This document shows, piece after piece, positions 1 to 14,500 of a DNA stretch of 64,000 bases. A program made the position numbers and the translations under genes. The stretch covers positions 682,001 to 746,000 of the forward strand of contig JBNJNM010000008.1 in the NCBI GenBank assembly GCA_052426225.1. The letters are read 5' to 3'. Source of the DNA: Zancudomyces culisetae HAW-14-8. Its lineage: Eukaryota; Fungi; Kickxellomycota. Every line of letters starts with the position of its first letter. The first letter of the stretch is position 1. Under the pieces are notes generated by a model that was not told the DNA's origin, did not search any database, and was given only the letters and a program-made list of their open reading frames with translations.

Positions 1-966
1 ATGCATCGAAGGGAAAACATTGGTAATACCCGACATTCGAGACTGTGTACCGACCAAGCTAGCCTGTTGTTCGCGTAGATCGTTCCTGATTCCGAATGCC
101 TGACCTACTATAAAATCAGCCTCGTCAAGCGCAGCATCAATATGGATACGCTCGTCCATCAACAGTTGTTGCCCAGAGCTTGCTCCACTTTATGCGGTAT
201 AAATAAACGTTAGTAACATATTTTTTATCATTGTTATTATTCGTCCGCAAAAGTACAATACTTTTGTGTTAATGTTTCAATTATGTATACATGAACGGCT
301 TTACAAATAAAGCGTTTATCTCAAGAGAATTAATATAAATAGAGCTATTTTTAATTAATTACCTGCTAATCGTTGCACCACTCATCAAAGCATTGTGATC
401 CTTGAGTTTCCCGATTTTGATCTATTGTAAAAGGAAATTTTAAAAATGAATAAGAGTTAGACATTAATTAGTTTTTCTTTATATACTCAAATAAAAGATT
501 GCATGTGGCTACAGAAAAGGGAAAAGATTACCTGGTATTTTTTAAATGAAGTTCGGTATTCTTCGTATAAATCAGAATGCCGTTCTAGAGTTCTAGTTGT
601 GATTGCATTGCTTGAACCACTTGTAGGTGCGCTATTGTCTAGATCTTGCAACAATACTTCCAACTATATTTAGTGTTTAATCTTTAATACAAATATAAAA
701 AGGAAATATAGTTTTAAAGTGGTATGCATACAGGTAGCAAGATATCTCTAGAAAAAAAAAAACAATAAATTCCAAGTATATACCTTGTTCAAAGAATCAT
801 TTATTGCAGATTCCAGTTTCGTAACTGAGGTATTCCAAGCATCGGAATTTAGTTTCGAGGAGCTGTGATTGCTGGCAAAATTGGAATAGCTTGAAAGTAG
901 AGACTCCAGCTTTCTTTCAAAATCGACGGCATTGCTGGAAAGAGTATTCCAATCCTTTTTGCTCAT
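1..966 (-). CDS. GOS1: Golgi SNARE Gos1/GOSR1 (multi-exon; 3' end runs off the window start)
   Basis: The N-terminal exon reads MSKKDWNTLSSNAVDFERKLESLLSSYS. A later exon at ~1-188 reads ERIHIDAALDEADFIVGQAFGIRNDLREQQASLVGTQSRMSGITNVFPSM, a Qb-SNARE pattern like Gos1. GT-AG introns separate the exons. Confidence 0.8.
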
Positions 967-2222
967 TTTCCGGCTAGTTTTGAGTTCTTATTGTTGAGTA
1001 TTGGGAAAGGAGAGAATGAAGGAAAGAAAGGGTTGATAATTTTATTTTTAGAGATTGTTTTAACTGGGTAACAAACAAATTTAAATCCACGCAAAATCCT
1101 TCATGATTTTACTATATTTTTGCTTTTATTTTACCAAGTTTAAAGCCAGTTTGCTATAAACATATTTCGTCCACTTTATTAAAAAAAGGGGTGAAAAAGG
1201 AAGTAAAGTCAGAGGAAGGATGCAAAATAAAATTTATGTTGTTGTACTTCAGCAGCAGTATATTACTCAAGATAAATAAATGTACGTGTACTACTACCTT
1301 GTCCTGGATGAAAATGGCTCCAAAAGCTTAGGAATGGTAAGAAAAGACAAGGAAGGTGAAGCATATTTGGTAAAGTACCAATATTCACACATTGGTATTC
1401 CTGTAATGGCTCATTTTGGTTGTTTAACCTTTTCTAAAAAAAAATGAGAAAATATAAAGAAATGGGATTTGCCAAGCGTATTCGTGTTCTTAGCCATATA
1501 TGTTAAATTGTGCTTGAAAATCAACTCTACCTACAATATAAAATGCGGCAAGTGAAAATAGTAAATCCTGAAATAAATGTCTTGGCTTGCTCATAAACAG
1601 TTTCTTGGAAGAAGGAAGAGTATTACTGTATACTATACATTCGCATAATAACAACACAACATTTATATCTCGTCCAAGTATTACAGCCCAACACATGTGA
1701 TTCTTTTACTTGGTTTTCATCATCTTATCTCTTACTTTACAGTTTCGACCTCTCCCCCTCCTCCCTTCCCCCCCAAGATGCGAATGGGAATGTTTGGCAT
1801 TTGGGGTTTTTTTTGCCAATTTTTTCAATGTGAACTTTTTATTTGCTCTGGGTTCTGCAATTTAACAATTATTTACCTCAAAAGGTCCATTTAAACTAAA
1901 ATTAGCAAATAGTGAAGTTTTCATATTGACCCTAAATAATTAACACGTCAATTTATAAAATTGTATAAAACACACACAAAAAAAAAAGAAAAAGAAACGG
2001 AGCCTATAAAAAGCAAGACCAAATTCCTCCCCTCCCTCCCCCCCCGCTTCTAACCCTCATTCCCCTCCAATGATTGACATGTTTAATAAAGTGAAATTGC
2101 CAAAACTGTTGAAGTTGAGAATATAGAGTTTTTTATTTAGTAAACCCTGGGTTGATTTGGGTTAGGTATTAAGGCATCAACAACAAAGGTATCAAAGCCG
2201 AAAAAACACAAAAACGGTCAAG

Positions 2223-4177
2223 ATGATCATTTCAGTAGTACAGGATACAAAGACATTTAAAATAGAGATTCCAAATGAAATGGAATTGGAAAATTTACAG
2301 GCACTTATCGAAGCAGAAACGGGGATAGAGCCGCAAAATCAGAGGCTTTTGTTCAATAGTTATGAAAATAAAAGCGTTGAAATAGGTTTCGGTGCTGGTA
2401 GTAGTGGAGGCAGCTTTGGAGGCGTAACTGAATTATCAACAAATCCAACGAGCCATTCAAAAGTTGATGCAAAAAAGACATTGAAAGAATTGGGTATTGT
2501 TGGAGAAGATGTAGTGGTAGTACTGGAAAGATTCGATATGAAACCTAACTATAGTAATATAGGACTTGGTAGTGGGTCACAAATAATGGGAAATAAACGA
2601 ACAGCAAGCTATAACAACAATGTATACAGTAGCAGCAATCCATTTGTAAAAGGAGGAGCCAGTGGGTATAATACAACAGGGAGTGGCGAAATGTATGGTG
2701 GGCTTAATTACGGGTATCCACCAGGCCACGGTCATAATACAGGGGGGGATGCTAAGGCTAATCAAGATAATCCGGTGAATTCGATTACGAAATTTTTCAT
2801 GGAGAAGATTCCAAAGATGACAAAAAGACAAAATACTGAAGAGGTTCATAAATCTACAAGTACGAATAAAAGCACTCAAGTTTTACCTACAGGGGAAATT
2901 GAAACGATGAGAAGGAAAATACTTCAAGACAAGAGCTTTTCGAATAGTATAGCGCAGGTAAGTATGCACAAATTTAGTAACCGAGAGTAGATAATGTATT
3001 AGATAAAGAAAATAAAAGTAACTAGATCAATTAAAATTAAATATTTGATAAAAATTGATTTCAGGACAATCCAGAGCTGGTTGCGGCGGCAAAAAGCGAT
3101 CCAAAGAAGTTTGAGGAGCTAGTGAAAACGATTCAACAGAACCGATATAATCAAGAGCTTCAAAGTGCGATGGAGCAGGAGAGATTACATATGCTGCTTA
3201 ACGATCCGCTAAATGTTGAGGCACAAAGAAGGATAGAGAAGGCGATACAGATGGAGAATGTGCAGCGGAGTATGGAGGATGCGCTGGAACATAACCCAGA
3301 AAGTTTTGCGCGGGTGACGATGTTGTACATAAATGTGGAGGTGAACGGACATAGAATAAAAGCGTTTGTAGATTCGGGGGCACAGGTGACAATTATGAGT
3401 CCAGAGTGTGCGGAGAAATGTGGGCTGATGAGACTACTTGATGACCGGTTCCATGGGGTGGCAATGGGGGTTGGAACGGCCAAGATATTGGGCAGAATTC
3501 ACAATGCGACGATTAAACTGGGTAAAAAAAAGCAGCATCTTCTATGTTCATTTACAGTGATGGAGGGAATGACAGAAGCGAACGCAAATCCCAACATCAA
3601 TGCTAATGTGGGACAACATTCAACAAAGCAAGTAGAGATGTTGTTTGGGTTGGATATGTTGAGGCGATATTTAGCAATTATTGATTTGAAGAAAAACGCG
3701 TTAATTATCAATGATGAGGAAATTCCATTTTTGCACGAGTATGAAATGGCGGCGACTTCAAGTGAACCATCTCGACCACAAGAGTCGGTCCAATCATCAA
3801 CATCACAAAAATCACGAGAGCAGGAAACATTGATTCCTAGTTCTTCAGCTCCACCCGTTTTATCGCCAAATAGCAATTATAACAAAGGAAAGTATAGAGA
3901 GAAATATGACGAGGAGCTGATTACGCGGTTAATGTCACTAGCAGGTACACATATAAGCACAAATACAGACAATGGTGTTAACCCAGATATAAATACTGGT
4001 GCCGGTGCCGGTGTTGGTGTTGGTGCAAGTGTTGGAATGGGTGGGAATATGTACAAGAATAATACCGAGCAGAATAATGGCAATGGAGGGTTTAGTAGAG
4101 ACCAAGTGGTTAGAGCTTTAGATATGGCAAATGGTGATGCGGATTTGGCAGCAAGTATTTTGTTATCTTTTGATTAA
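2223..4177 (+). CDS. DDI1: DNA damage-inducible protein 1 (UBL, retroviral-like aspartic protease, UBA); intron 2958-3064
   Basis: N-terminal ubiquitin-like segment; HNPESFARVTMLYINVEVNGHRIKAFVDSGAQVTIMS with the catalytic DSG; C-terminal UBA-like GFSRDQVVRALDMANGDADLAASIL. The intron GTAAGT...TTTCAG joins the two ORFs in frame. Confidence 0.95.
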
Positions 4178-4338
4178 TTTGTTTAGTATTTCAATAATAA
4201 AAAATTTTATATATTAATATGGTTTATAGTGGGGGGGTTTTTTTTTGTTAATTACAATGAAAAAAAAAAGAAAGAGAATAGTAAAAAGAAAAAGAAAAAG
4301 AGAATAGGAAAAAGGGTTAGAAATAACAATCGATTAAA

Positions 4339-6984
4339 TTAGTTTACGAATTTGATTTGATTTTCAGATGAAGAATCTTGATTGGAAGAATGCTGTTGTT
4401 TCTGGAAAGACATCAAGTAGGAAACATCAGTACTGTACTTGATTTGGACAGTCCGTTTAATACGCAACATTTCTTTATAAGTAGACTCATTTCCATAATC
4501 TATTTCAAACTTGGACCACTTATCCCACAACGACGATCCAGATGTTTTTTCATTTCCACTTTCATTTTGACTAGCTTGTTCGTCAATTTTGCCAATGTGA
4601 GTATTAGAAGCACCATAAGCAAATAGTGCTCTAGCCCGATCAATTTCGCCAAATTTGGTTTCCAGATCGGCAAATTCCAAGACAAATCGAAGCAATTCAT
4701 ATTCATCAACTACAGATTCTATTGCTTGTTCATAAATCGGTCTAGTATATATATCACCCTTAAGCAAACTAGTCTTTGAAATATAGAATCTGTACATATC
4801 CGATAATAGATTTTTGTTGTTGCCATTTTCCATGAGCTGTCGTTGGTGCTGTACAAGATACTCACATGCACGTTCATATACCTTCAATGCATTTCCAATC
4901 AATCCATACTCTTCCTCATAACCTCCATACATTATATATATTGGTTTGCTGAATTGCACTGGACAGTTGACAAGCGCCTGCTCAAACAAATCCCTTGTCC
5001 TTTCAACTTTGCTACCTTTATATCGCTCAACAAACCGCCTCAAATATATATTCCACAACTCAAACGCCACAGGATATCCAAACACTGCTATTCCCTTTTC
5101 GTAGGTTCTGAATGCTTCTTCGTAGTACTGGTTGTCTATCAAGAAGTTTGCATAATTGACAATCACCTGGGGAGTTGCTACACGCAGCTGAATGACCCGT
5201 TCATATGCGGCCTTGATCTTTTCGTAGTTTCCGCTACTTTCTTCCAAATCCAAATACATCTGCCACACTGTTATTGATTTAAATACACGTTTTTGTGGTG
5301 AAATACTTTCATCCTTGTAGTCTACCCTGTCTATATCCCCTCCCTTTTCATTGTCTGCATCTTTTCCTCCTGAAATTCCACCTACTCGTGCCACTGGTGT
5401 AATCGCTCTTACTAACACCTGTTCTGCCTTTTCGTACTCCTCTTCTCGTATATACATCTCTGCATATTCACACCACACTCTTGCAAGTTCTCCAACTGTT
5501 TTATACCATACCTTTATTGCCCTTTCAAATACACCAATTGCTTTTTGCTTGTCTCCTCGGTCTTCATACATCCGGGCATACGCTAGCCACAAATCAGATA
5601 CTTGTCCATCATATGCCTTCCTAGGATGCACAATCTCGAGTGCTTCTTCGTAACATCCTTCAATATCTTCATCCCACTCCTTCTCTGCTCCCTCTCTCTT
5701 TTCCTTCTTTTCAAACAACTCAATCCTATCTTTCCATCCACTAACCATATTTGGATTCTGTTTCAGTCTTACTCTATTTACCAAAAACGCTCTACGCTCC
5801 ATGAGTTCTGAAAATCTTGCCAACTTTAGATCTATCGCCACTAGTTTATATTGGTCATCCCCATCCCCTTTTCCTTTTCCTTTTCCTTTTCCTTTTCCTT
5901 TTTCCACCTCCTTTGTTTCTCCTACCTCTGCCTCTTCCTCCAGTGCTCTGCTTAACATACTCTCCTCAAATGCTGCATACGTCTCAAACACCATTGTAAA
6001 ATCTCTTACCGTTATCACATTTTCCATTGCCTCTTCATATATTTCTTGGGCCCTCTCCATAAACCCTTGCGCTATATAATACCCCGCAATCGTTGTCCAC
6101 AGTTGTGCAGCCATATCCCCGTACCTTCTTATCCCATCTCGTAGGATTTTCTCCACCTCCATTCCTTTGATCTCTTCGGGATGTGCCCTTATTATATCTG
6201 CCAGCTGCATCCACAACCCATACTTATTCGCTACCATTTTTGTCGCAGCTCCATATTCTCCCCTTTTCCCCACTCCTACCTCTTCATCTATCGCCAAAAT
6301 TATCTGTTTAGCTGCCTCTTCGTATTTACCATTCTCTCTCAACATTTGAATATACTCTTCGATCCTTTCCGGATATATTTGAATATATCGTTTGTATATT
6401 ATCTCCTGCGTCTTTCCCCGAACCCTCCTTGCAAAAGCTGTGTACAGCCCCCACAGTCGCTCGTGTTGTGTTACTGCCAACGATTTCAAGGCTCTATCAA
6501 ATACCCTTCGCGTTTCAGTTACTTTTGGCTGTTTCATCATGAAATTTACATATTCTATCCATATTCTAGGCATCTAAAATTACATTATTTCGAGTTTACG
6601 TATTTATAGTTAGCTTTTTATAGTGTTAAAAGTTTTCAATCAAATTGATCAAATTATATTAAAATTTACCTTATGTAAGCAAATCAGTGCTCTTTCAAAC
6701 ACATAATTAACATCCGTATATCCTTCTTCATGTGTTAGCACACTCATCCCCTCCATCATCTTCATCCGGTACTGCAAATACCGCCTCCATACTTTATACG
6801 ATCCCGGAATGGCCTCGACTGCTCTTTCAAACAGAAGAATTACAGCCTTAACCTTATTTCGACTATTATCCTTGTTTTTGTGTTCTATATACTGCAACCA
6901 ACTTCTAACTGAGTATGGGTTGAGTTGGATTTCCCGTTCGAATCCTAAATCGTCCTCTTTGATTTCGATATCTTCGATCTCCAT
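4339..6984 (-). CDS. SYF1: Pre-mRNA splicing factor SYF1/XAB2 (HAT repeats); one intron ~6575-6669
   Basis: NPYSVRSWLQYIEHK, FERAVEAIPGSYKVWRRYL, HKMPRIWIEY across the intron, LKQNPNMVSGW, GEIDRARALF and GNESTYKEMLRIKRTVQ. Confidence 0.95.
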
Positions 6985-9900
6985 CTCTTTATCTACATTA
7001 ACTCCCCTGGTTAGTTCTTTATAAATTGGTTGGTATAGATATTGCAGAGTAAAAATAGGAAGCTAGGTATTGCCTATGATTGCAGGATGTTGTAGTTGAT
7101 TTGTATAACGCTAATTTCAAGATTATTCCCAACAAAAGTTTATTTTAAAAAAATAAAATAAAAAATATTAAATAACGCGAGAATAATCTAGGAGAATCAA
7201 TTACATTTTGGTTTTTTTTTATTCTATTTTATTTTTTTTATTTGCTTGTATCGAGGTTTAGTTTCCTCAAAATCACCCAATACTCCTATATATTGGCTAT
7301 ATTTTTCGAGCAAATAATTTTTTTTTTTTGAAAGTTTGCGGAATGCAAATTAAATAAAAAGTATAATTCTGAAATTGTATTGATATTTGGTATTCACTTG
7401 ATCTTTGAAAAAAGTTAAAGAAAATAGAAAGAGAAAAAAGAGAGAAATGTGTTAAACAAGTGCCTCCTTAGTTTAATACAAAAGTAGGAAAAATAATATC
7501 AAAATAAAAACACCTGGGGTTTACTCCTTTTGTGACTTGAATAGAATTTTACATTCTAGTACTTTAGATTACATAGACTACTTTTGGATCTGCTATACAA
7601 CATTTAAAGCTAATATCAAAATTGCGAGAAATGACAAGAATAAATGATACATGATGGATTGTATAGTGCCGATATAGGCAAGAAATATTATAACGTATAG
7701 TTCTAAAGCATCTATTTTACTTTTAAATCCTATTCGACACAGGTAAGGAAAGTCCTGGTAACCCCGATACCTATTTATAAGTTGGATTAGCTTTATTTTT
7801 AATAGTTTTTTTTTTACAAAAATTTGTATATTTGTAGCTTGTACAGATATGCGGGCATTCTAGACTCTATAGTCTATTTCTAGTACAGTATCTATAGGTG
7901 AACCGAGTTAGAGTAGAATATGTATCTTAGTGTATGATTTCAAATTATCACCAGTTGTTTCCAAACAAGCGTAGCTGTTGTTATATAATACCATTGTATT
8001 GCTGAACTTTGAACCATTTCGCATACATGCTTATCTTGCAGTATTGGTAAGCCGTAATATACAAAAAACATTTCGTTTACACGATTTGTGATACAAAGCG
8101 GTATCAGGTGGGAAAGAATTGAATTGTTTGTGTTTTACCACTACATCGTAACAGGTTCAAAAACATGAATTGAAAAGATCAAGGTAATTGATGTACTTAT
8201 TTATTTTTGTTCTTGCAATTACTAATTGTGTTTTTTTTGTTTATTATACGTACCCGTATTATACATAGGCTTATACTATATTTTATTGTACCAGTTTTGA
8301 CATTACATAAACGAGTTAGATGAACTAAAAGATGAAATGGCAGTGGAAAAATGTGTATTTTCTTGTTGATTGCTACAGTTACCTGCCTTTTTTTCAAAAC
8401 TCTTTTGCGGTTCCCTTGCATTTATAAAAAAAGCATTCTTTTGTGTAATCTAGATTATAAAATCATAAGAGATGTAAGGGCAATAAGAATCTAGAGCCCC
8501 CCTAAAATAGCATATTTTTTTGGTCTCCACATTTACATCTAGAATTTCTAGCACAGAATTGAAAAAATCAATTAAATCCATCAAAATTTGGACTGCTTTT
8601 GTTGGGGGAAAAAGTGGCGAGAGGGGGCGGGAGGAGGGGGTGAGAAAGAGAGAGAGATAGAAAATATAATAGTAGTAACAGTAAGCAAAGTACAAAATAT
8701 TTTTTTTATAACAAAGTTTGGTACAAACTATAGAATATATTGTTTGTGTGTAGCAATTTTACCTAAAAAAAAATTATAACCGGGCTTTCTTGAATAAACA
8801 GCCTTTCTGCTGTTTCCTCTATTTCTGTTTTTTTTTGAGCCGATAATATCCTAAATAAAGAGAAGCAGATTGTAAATACTATGTTGACGAGCTATTGCAA
8901 GATTGTAAAAGCACCTTGTTTCAAGTAAATTATAACTTTGATAGCTCATACACATTTGCCTACTAGCCTTTTTGTTATACATTTTTATTTCAAGATTTTG
9001 GCTATTGTTTGTTTTTATGAGCTTAAAGATTCCGGAGTAGAGATCTTGTAAAGAAAATGATACCTATTTGCCAAAAGGGTGAAAGAGCAATCTAGAAAAG
9101 AAAAGTGTTATTATGCACTCATCAACCTATTTTTATCAAGAGTATATAATTCTAGTTAATTATTTGAAGATAATGACAAATTTTTACCTCGTTGTTTCTC
9201 CAAACAGAAAAAAGATACATTGGGGAGATGATGTGCTTAAAGGGGGAAAAAAGGTGGTGTAGATATCTTGATTATTTATTTGTGTCTTTAATAATTTAAG
9301 ATTTTGGTGGTTTAATTAAGCAGTTTGTAATCGGTTTAAAAGGCCAATGAAGCAGAATATAAATATTGACATAATAGGGAAGAGGGAGGGGCGTGGTTGT
9401 AGGTAGTATCAATGAATTTTATGCTAATAATGGACAGAAAGCTCGAAGGTACGGAGAAATGTGGGAAGAAAGGGGAAGGTGATAACGGAGAAAGAAGAAA
9501 AAAAAATTGAGTGAGAGAGCGTGTGTGAGGGGGGGGGGGAAGTGAAAGATGAGTAGGAGCGCTTTACATAATCAAAACTGGTAAAAGCAATTAGCTAATT
9601 GACTACTGGAATGAATGGAACAAGCAGATTACAGCATAAGATTGAATTTCGGGATAAGGCGCATGGATGTGTCAAGCATTTGGAAGACTGCAAAAGATTA
9701 GTTTTGGGTATTAGTGCGAAAAATAGGGCATAAGTTCGCTTTATATAACTAGTTGCATAATCAATTGATGAAATGCCAACGTTATAACAAATCGGATAAA
9801 TGATACATTCATTTTTATTTATAATCTTCAAATATATATCCTTTTTTATTTATTTAGCTTGTAAATCTAAATAAAGCCATTTGTTCACTTTTATTTAGTA

Positions 9901-11517
9901 TTGCTAAATATTCTCAAGCTTGAGAAAATTCAATAGAGCGAAATAAAGTAATATAAAAAAAATTAATCAATTACAAACATATTTTGTAATTTTCTGGGTT
10001 GATGAGTTCTTATTACTCTAATAAAGGAGAGTGGCAAAAAGTGGGGGGGGGAAATTTGGGTAGATTATAGAGGTACGAGGAAGATTGAGAGTAAGAGCGA
10101 GAAAGAGGATGGGGGATTTCTACAAGGATGAGAAAAAAAAATTATAGGAAAATTATATGCTACAGTAATAATAATTCGTAACTACAAATTTTCTCTAGTT
10201 TCCCGATTTCGATTATTTTTTTTTTTTAGCTTATTCACTTCTATTTTGAATATACACGTCGATTCCAAAGACAAAAGTAATTGACTAAATCAAGAAAATA
10301 AAAAAGCTTTGGGTTTTGTAAAAGTAGCCAATAAACGACTTGTCAATAAAGGATTCCAATTATTCAAAGCAACGAAAATCAATAATTTTTTAGCTCCATA
10401 CATCACAACTGATTCATGTATACACTCATAAATCCAAAAAATAATAATTAGTATTTAGAAAGAAAGAAAAGTGAAAACAGAAAATCGTTTTTAGGGATAA
10501 ACCAACCCGTATCACTACTTGGTACAACATACTAACGCCGAGTTTGCACAACAATTGTTACTCGTAAAAATAAATATAATAAAATTAAAAAAAACTAAGC
10601 AAATTTATTCACACCATCAATAATCTGATGACTATTAGCCGGGTTTATTATCATATTCTGTCTATTATAAATCAGCTACATACCAGTATCCTCTATCCAA
10701 ATTTTAATAGAAAAGGGTTTCCATAAAACTATTTAAAAAAGAATTGGTGTTTTTTTTCTTTATTGGATTTCTCAATTTTACAAAACAGAAAAAGTTCATA
10801 CTATCACATATTGCATTTATTCCAAAATAGAGTAAAGTAGTACTCACCTATAAAAGTACTAAACAAAAAGGGGTTTATAAGCGTGTTGCTCCAACAGTGT
10901 TAAAAAGTCGTACTTTATTACAAGTATAACGTGGAGAAAAGATAGCTTTGGTTTTAAGTTGGGTAATTGATGATTTGGGTGTATATGATTTTAACATTTC
11001 ACAAATCATTACGGCTAAATCTGGAGCATTTTTGTATAAAACAGAGTATCGGAATACTATACTTCAAATACAATATTATAAGAACCCAAACAAAGGGGTC
11101 AGTAAAGGAGAAGGAAACACGGCGCGCGAGTACCAACATTTACTAGCAGCGAATGCAGAATACATGTCCCAGAACCTAAAGAACTGTAGTAAAGGGGTGT
11201 ATTAAACGAGTCAAAGGTTATATTTTGTCGATATACAAGGGAGAAAATACAAATACAAAGACTATACATATTGAAAAAATAGTGCTAGAGATAGCGATAC
11301 AAAGGGAATGTACTATTAATATATTAGCCGTAAAGAGGATAGACGGGAACAAAAACAACAGTTGGTTTTGAAGAAAATAACGAGAAAAAGCATTAGGTTA
11401 AGAATAATAGATATCTCAATTTGATTATCAACTGCCAATCTATTTCCTATAATCAAAATAATTAGAATAAAAGCAAGAGGCAGACTGTAAAAATACAACA
11501 AAAAAGATAAAAATAAA

Positions 11518-14500
11518 ATGACGTTTGCACGAGTCAATGTTGCGCTGAGAATAAGGCCATTATCAAAGAAGGAGACTGGTAGGGGAGATAAGTCATGTGT
11601 AAAAGTCATCCCAGGAACACAACAAGTGACAATTGGGGGAGACAGGTCGTTCACATTTGATAAAATATACTCAGCTAAGGATACACAGGCTCAAGTATAC
11701 GAAGAAAGTGTAAAACCAATGATTGAACGATTTCTCGAGGGGTATAATGCAACAGTGATGGCATATGGTCAAACAAGCAGTGGAAAAACGTATAGTATGG
11801 GGACAGGTGCAGAGGTAGGAGAAAAAGAAATAGAGAAGGGTATTGTTCCACGGGCATTTCAGAATATAGTAGAGGAACTGGAAAATAGAAAGAATCGGCA
11901 AAAGGGGTTTACTTATAATATGGAGGTGTCGTTTATAGAGTTGTATAATGAAGAAGTGTTTAATTTACTGGATACGCAAGAAAACAGCAACAAGATTCAA
12001 AAAATAGTATATGGAAAGGGAACAGGTAAATCCAAGTCAAAAGAAACTAGTGGAACAAAAAATAGAGTCGAGGAGAATGGAATAAAGATGGACAAGGTAC
12101 GAGGTAGTGCAGGGGGGCTATGGACAAATATTAGAAGGAACAGAGTTGATAGTGAAGAGGAGATGATAAATTTACTGAAATTAGGAGGAGCAAATCGAAC
12201 AACGGGGGCAACAGACATGAATGCGAATTCATCAAGATCACACGCAATATATACAGTAGTAGTGGAACAAATAACACAAGAAACAGAGAGTGATAGTAGA
12301 ACAAAGACAAGAATAGTTTCCAAGATTCATTTTGTGGATTTGGCAGGATCAGAAAGAATCAAACAGACCAACGCAATGGGAAGCCGAGTGAAGGAGGGAA
12401 TTAGCATAAACTCTGGATTGTTGGCATTGGGCAATGTAATCAGTTCATTAGGAGATGCGTTAAAAAGACAGCTACATATTCCATATAGAAACAGTAAACT
12501 TACACGGCTATTGGAAGATTCATTGGGAGGTAATTCCATGACATTGATGCTGGCATGCATAACCGAGACGGAAAAAAACTATTCTGAGACATTGTCTACA
12601 TTAAGGTACGCAAATAGAGCCAGGAATATTAAGAATAAGGTTGTTGTTGGGTTAAGCACAATCCGTGACGAAGTTGGTAGTGCTAACAGTGGTATAAACG
12701 AGGAAGAAGGTGGAGGGAAGGGTGTAGACGATAATCGGAATAGAAACAAGCGCAGTAATAGTGGTGGCAATGAAAATAAGGTGGCGACGAAAACCCAGAA
12801 AGGAACCAGCAATATTGAAAGCGAATCGCTAAAGGTGGCGATGTTAAAGGAGCAAATAGTGATGTATGAATCAGAGTTGAAGAGAATGGAGGAGTTGTTT
12901 ATAAAGGCAGTGAAGTATTCACAGGGAGCCATTAATGGTAGCATTTCTGGTAATGGTAATGGTAACGGTATTGGTATTGGTATTGGTAGTACTAGTGGTA
13001 GTGGTAGTGGTAGTACTAGTGCGATTTTGGAGAATATGACAGAAAAGTCCAACTATAGCAACAGTATTTGTGGAAGTGTTAGTAGCCTAACGCCTTCTAC
13101 ATCGGATATAGGTGGAACAAGTGGTACAAGTACTTCCAAACTGAAAAAGAGAAGATCAAGTGTAGCATCTATGATTTCCAGAGTAGGATCCTTGTCATCA
13201 TTGTATCATAAAATTAAGGGTGGAAGTAGTCACAATAAAGGTGATCGTAGTACAATTACTTCACCTGTAGCTGAACCTACAATTGATTATGAAGAGTCAA
13301 AAGAAAGAGAAAGAGAAAGAGAAAAACAAGTGGAAATGGAAAATAGCGACAACTATAACAATACTGTCAGCGAGAATGGAAATACAAATGTAAAAAAATT
13401 AGAGGAAACCAATACGAACGAGGAAATAGAAAAGCCAGTAGTATCCGAAGAAGGAGGAGAAGAAGGAGCAGGAGCAGGAGCAGGACGAAAAGAAGTGGAA
13501 GAAAAAAAGGCAAATACAGTAACTATTGATGAAGAGAGTAAATGGAGAGATATACTGGGAATAATCAGCTCTCAGCGAAGAGAGTATTTGTTAAAGATTA
13601 GAGATTTACAAAACAAAAACAGAAAACAAACTGCATTGCTAGCCAATCTTCAAGATTCACTACATAGCAAAGTGGAGGAATCCGAAAGAAATGCCAAAGC
13701 AGCAATAGCAGCAGCAGCAGCAAAAACAGGAGCAACAGCAACAGCAACAGCATCAGAATCTTCGGTATTCTCATCAGGAATAAATAGGAAAGCAGAGTTT
13801 ACAAAGACATCAACAGGAATTCAAATGAAAAAGATAGAACTGGTAATGGGTATTTTGGAAAATAAGATTGATAACCGGGTTGGAGCAAGCAAGTTATATA
13901 GTGATCGAGACGAACTAATGAAGAAGCAAAACTCAATGATAGACAAACAAAACGGATTGCTATTACAATTGGAGAGTGCGGGAGCAAATAAACAAATACA
14001 AGATCAGGTAGAGTTGATAGATGCCGAGTTGGATTACATTGAATTGAAAATTAAGCAGGTTGAGAATGAGCTGGCAGATTTGATTTTGGCAGAAAATGGG
14101 AATTATAATCCAACTTTGGTGGAAAACGGAGTTAAAATCATGTCGTTGGTAGATGATAACATTGACAAACTCAACAAAAACGATATCTACAGATTATTTA
14201 TGGGAAACAACACCAACACGAACACCAAAAATGACCACAACAAAGAGCAATCTGTAGTACATATACTAAACAACCGAGAAATGGTCCATTTGGTCTATCT
14301 TATTTCCCAGTTGGTTTTGGATAACCAACTCCAAATAAACTCATTATCCTCAACAAACGAACAACTAAAATCTGAAATCACTACTTTACAAAAGACACTT
14401 TCTGCAATGCGAAAGATCACCGCCAATGTAGCATCAATGTACGGAAGAGAAGTCGAATCCAGAGCAAGTTATATTACCAATAGCAGTACTTCTGTTGGGT

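Noticed and set aside
1490-1894. Small ORFs between GOS1 and DDI1
   Set aside because: No recognisable homology, and no splice pattern producing a longer frame.
3122-3750. Retroviral-type aspartic protease as the missing pol partner of the Gag-like ORF
   Set aside because: It is the RVP domain of the conserved cellular DDI1 (with UBL and UBA), 29 kb away; nothing in the sequence links the two.
4378-6609. Numerous antisense or alternate-frame ORFs over SYF1 (likewise over the kinesin, VPS51, Gag and RMD5)
   Set aside because: Shadow ORFs from the purine-skewed coding strand, with no recognisable motifs.
7745-7870. GGAAAGTCC motif resembling RNase P/MRP CR-I
   Set aside because: No complementary CR-V to form the P4 helix, and the surrounding sequence is AT-rich with no evident structure.
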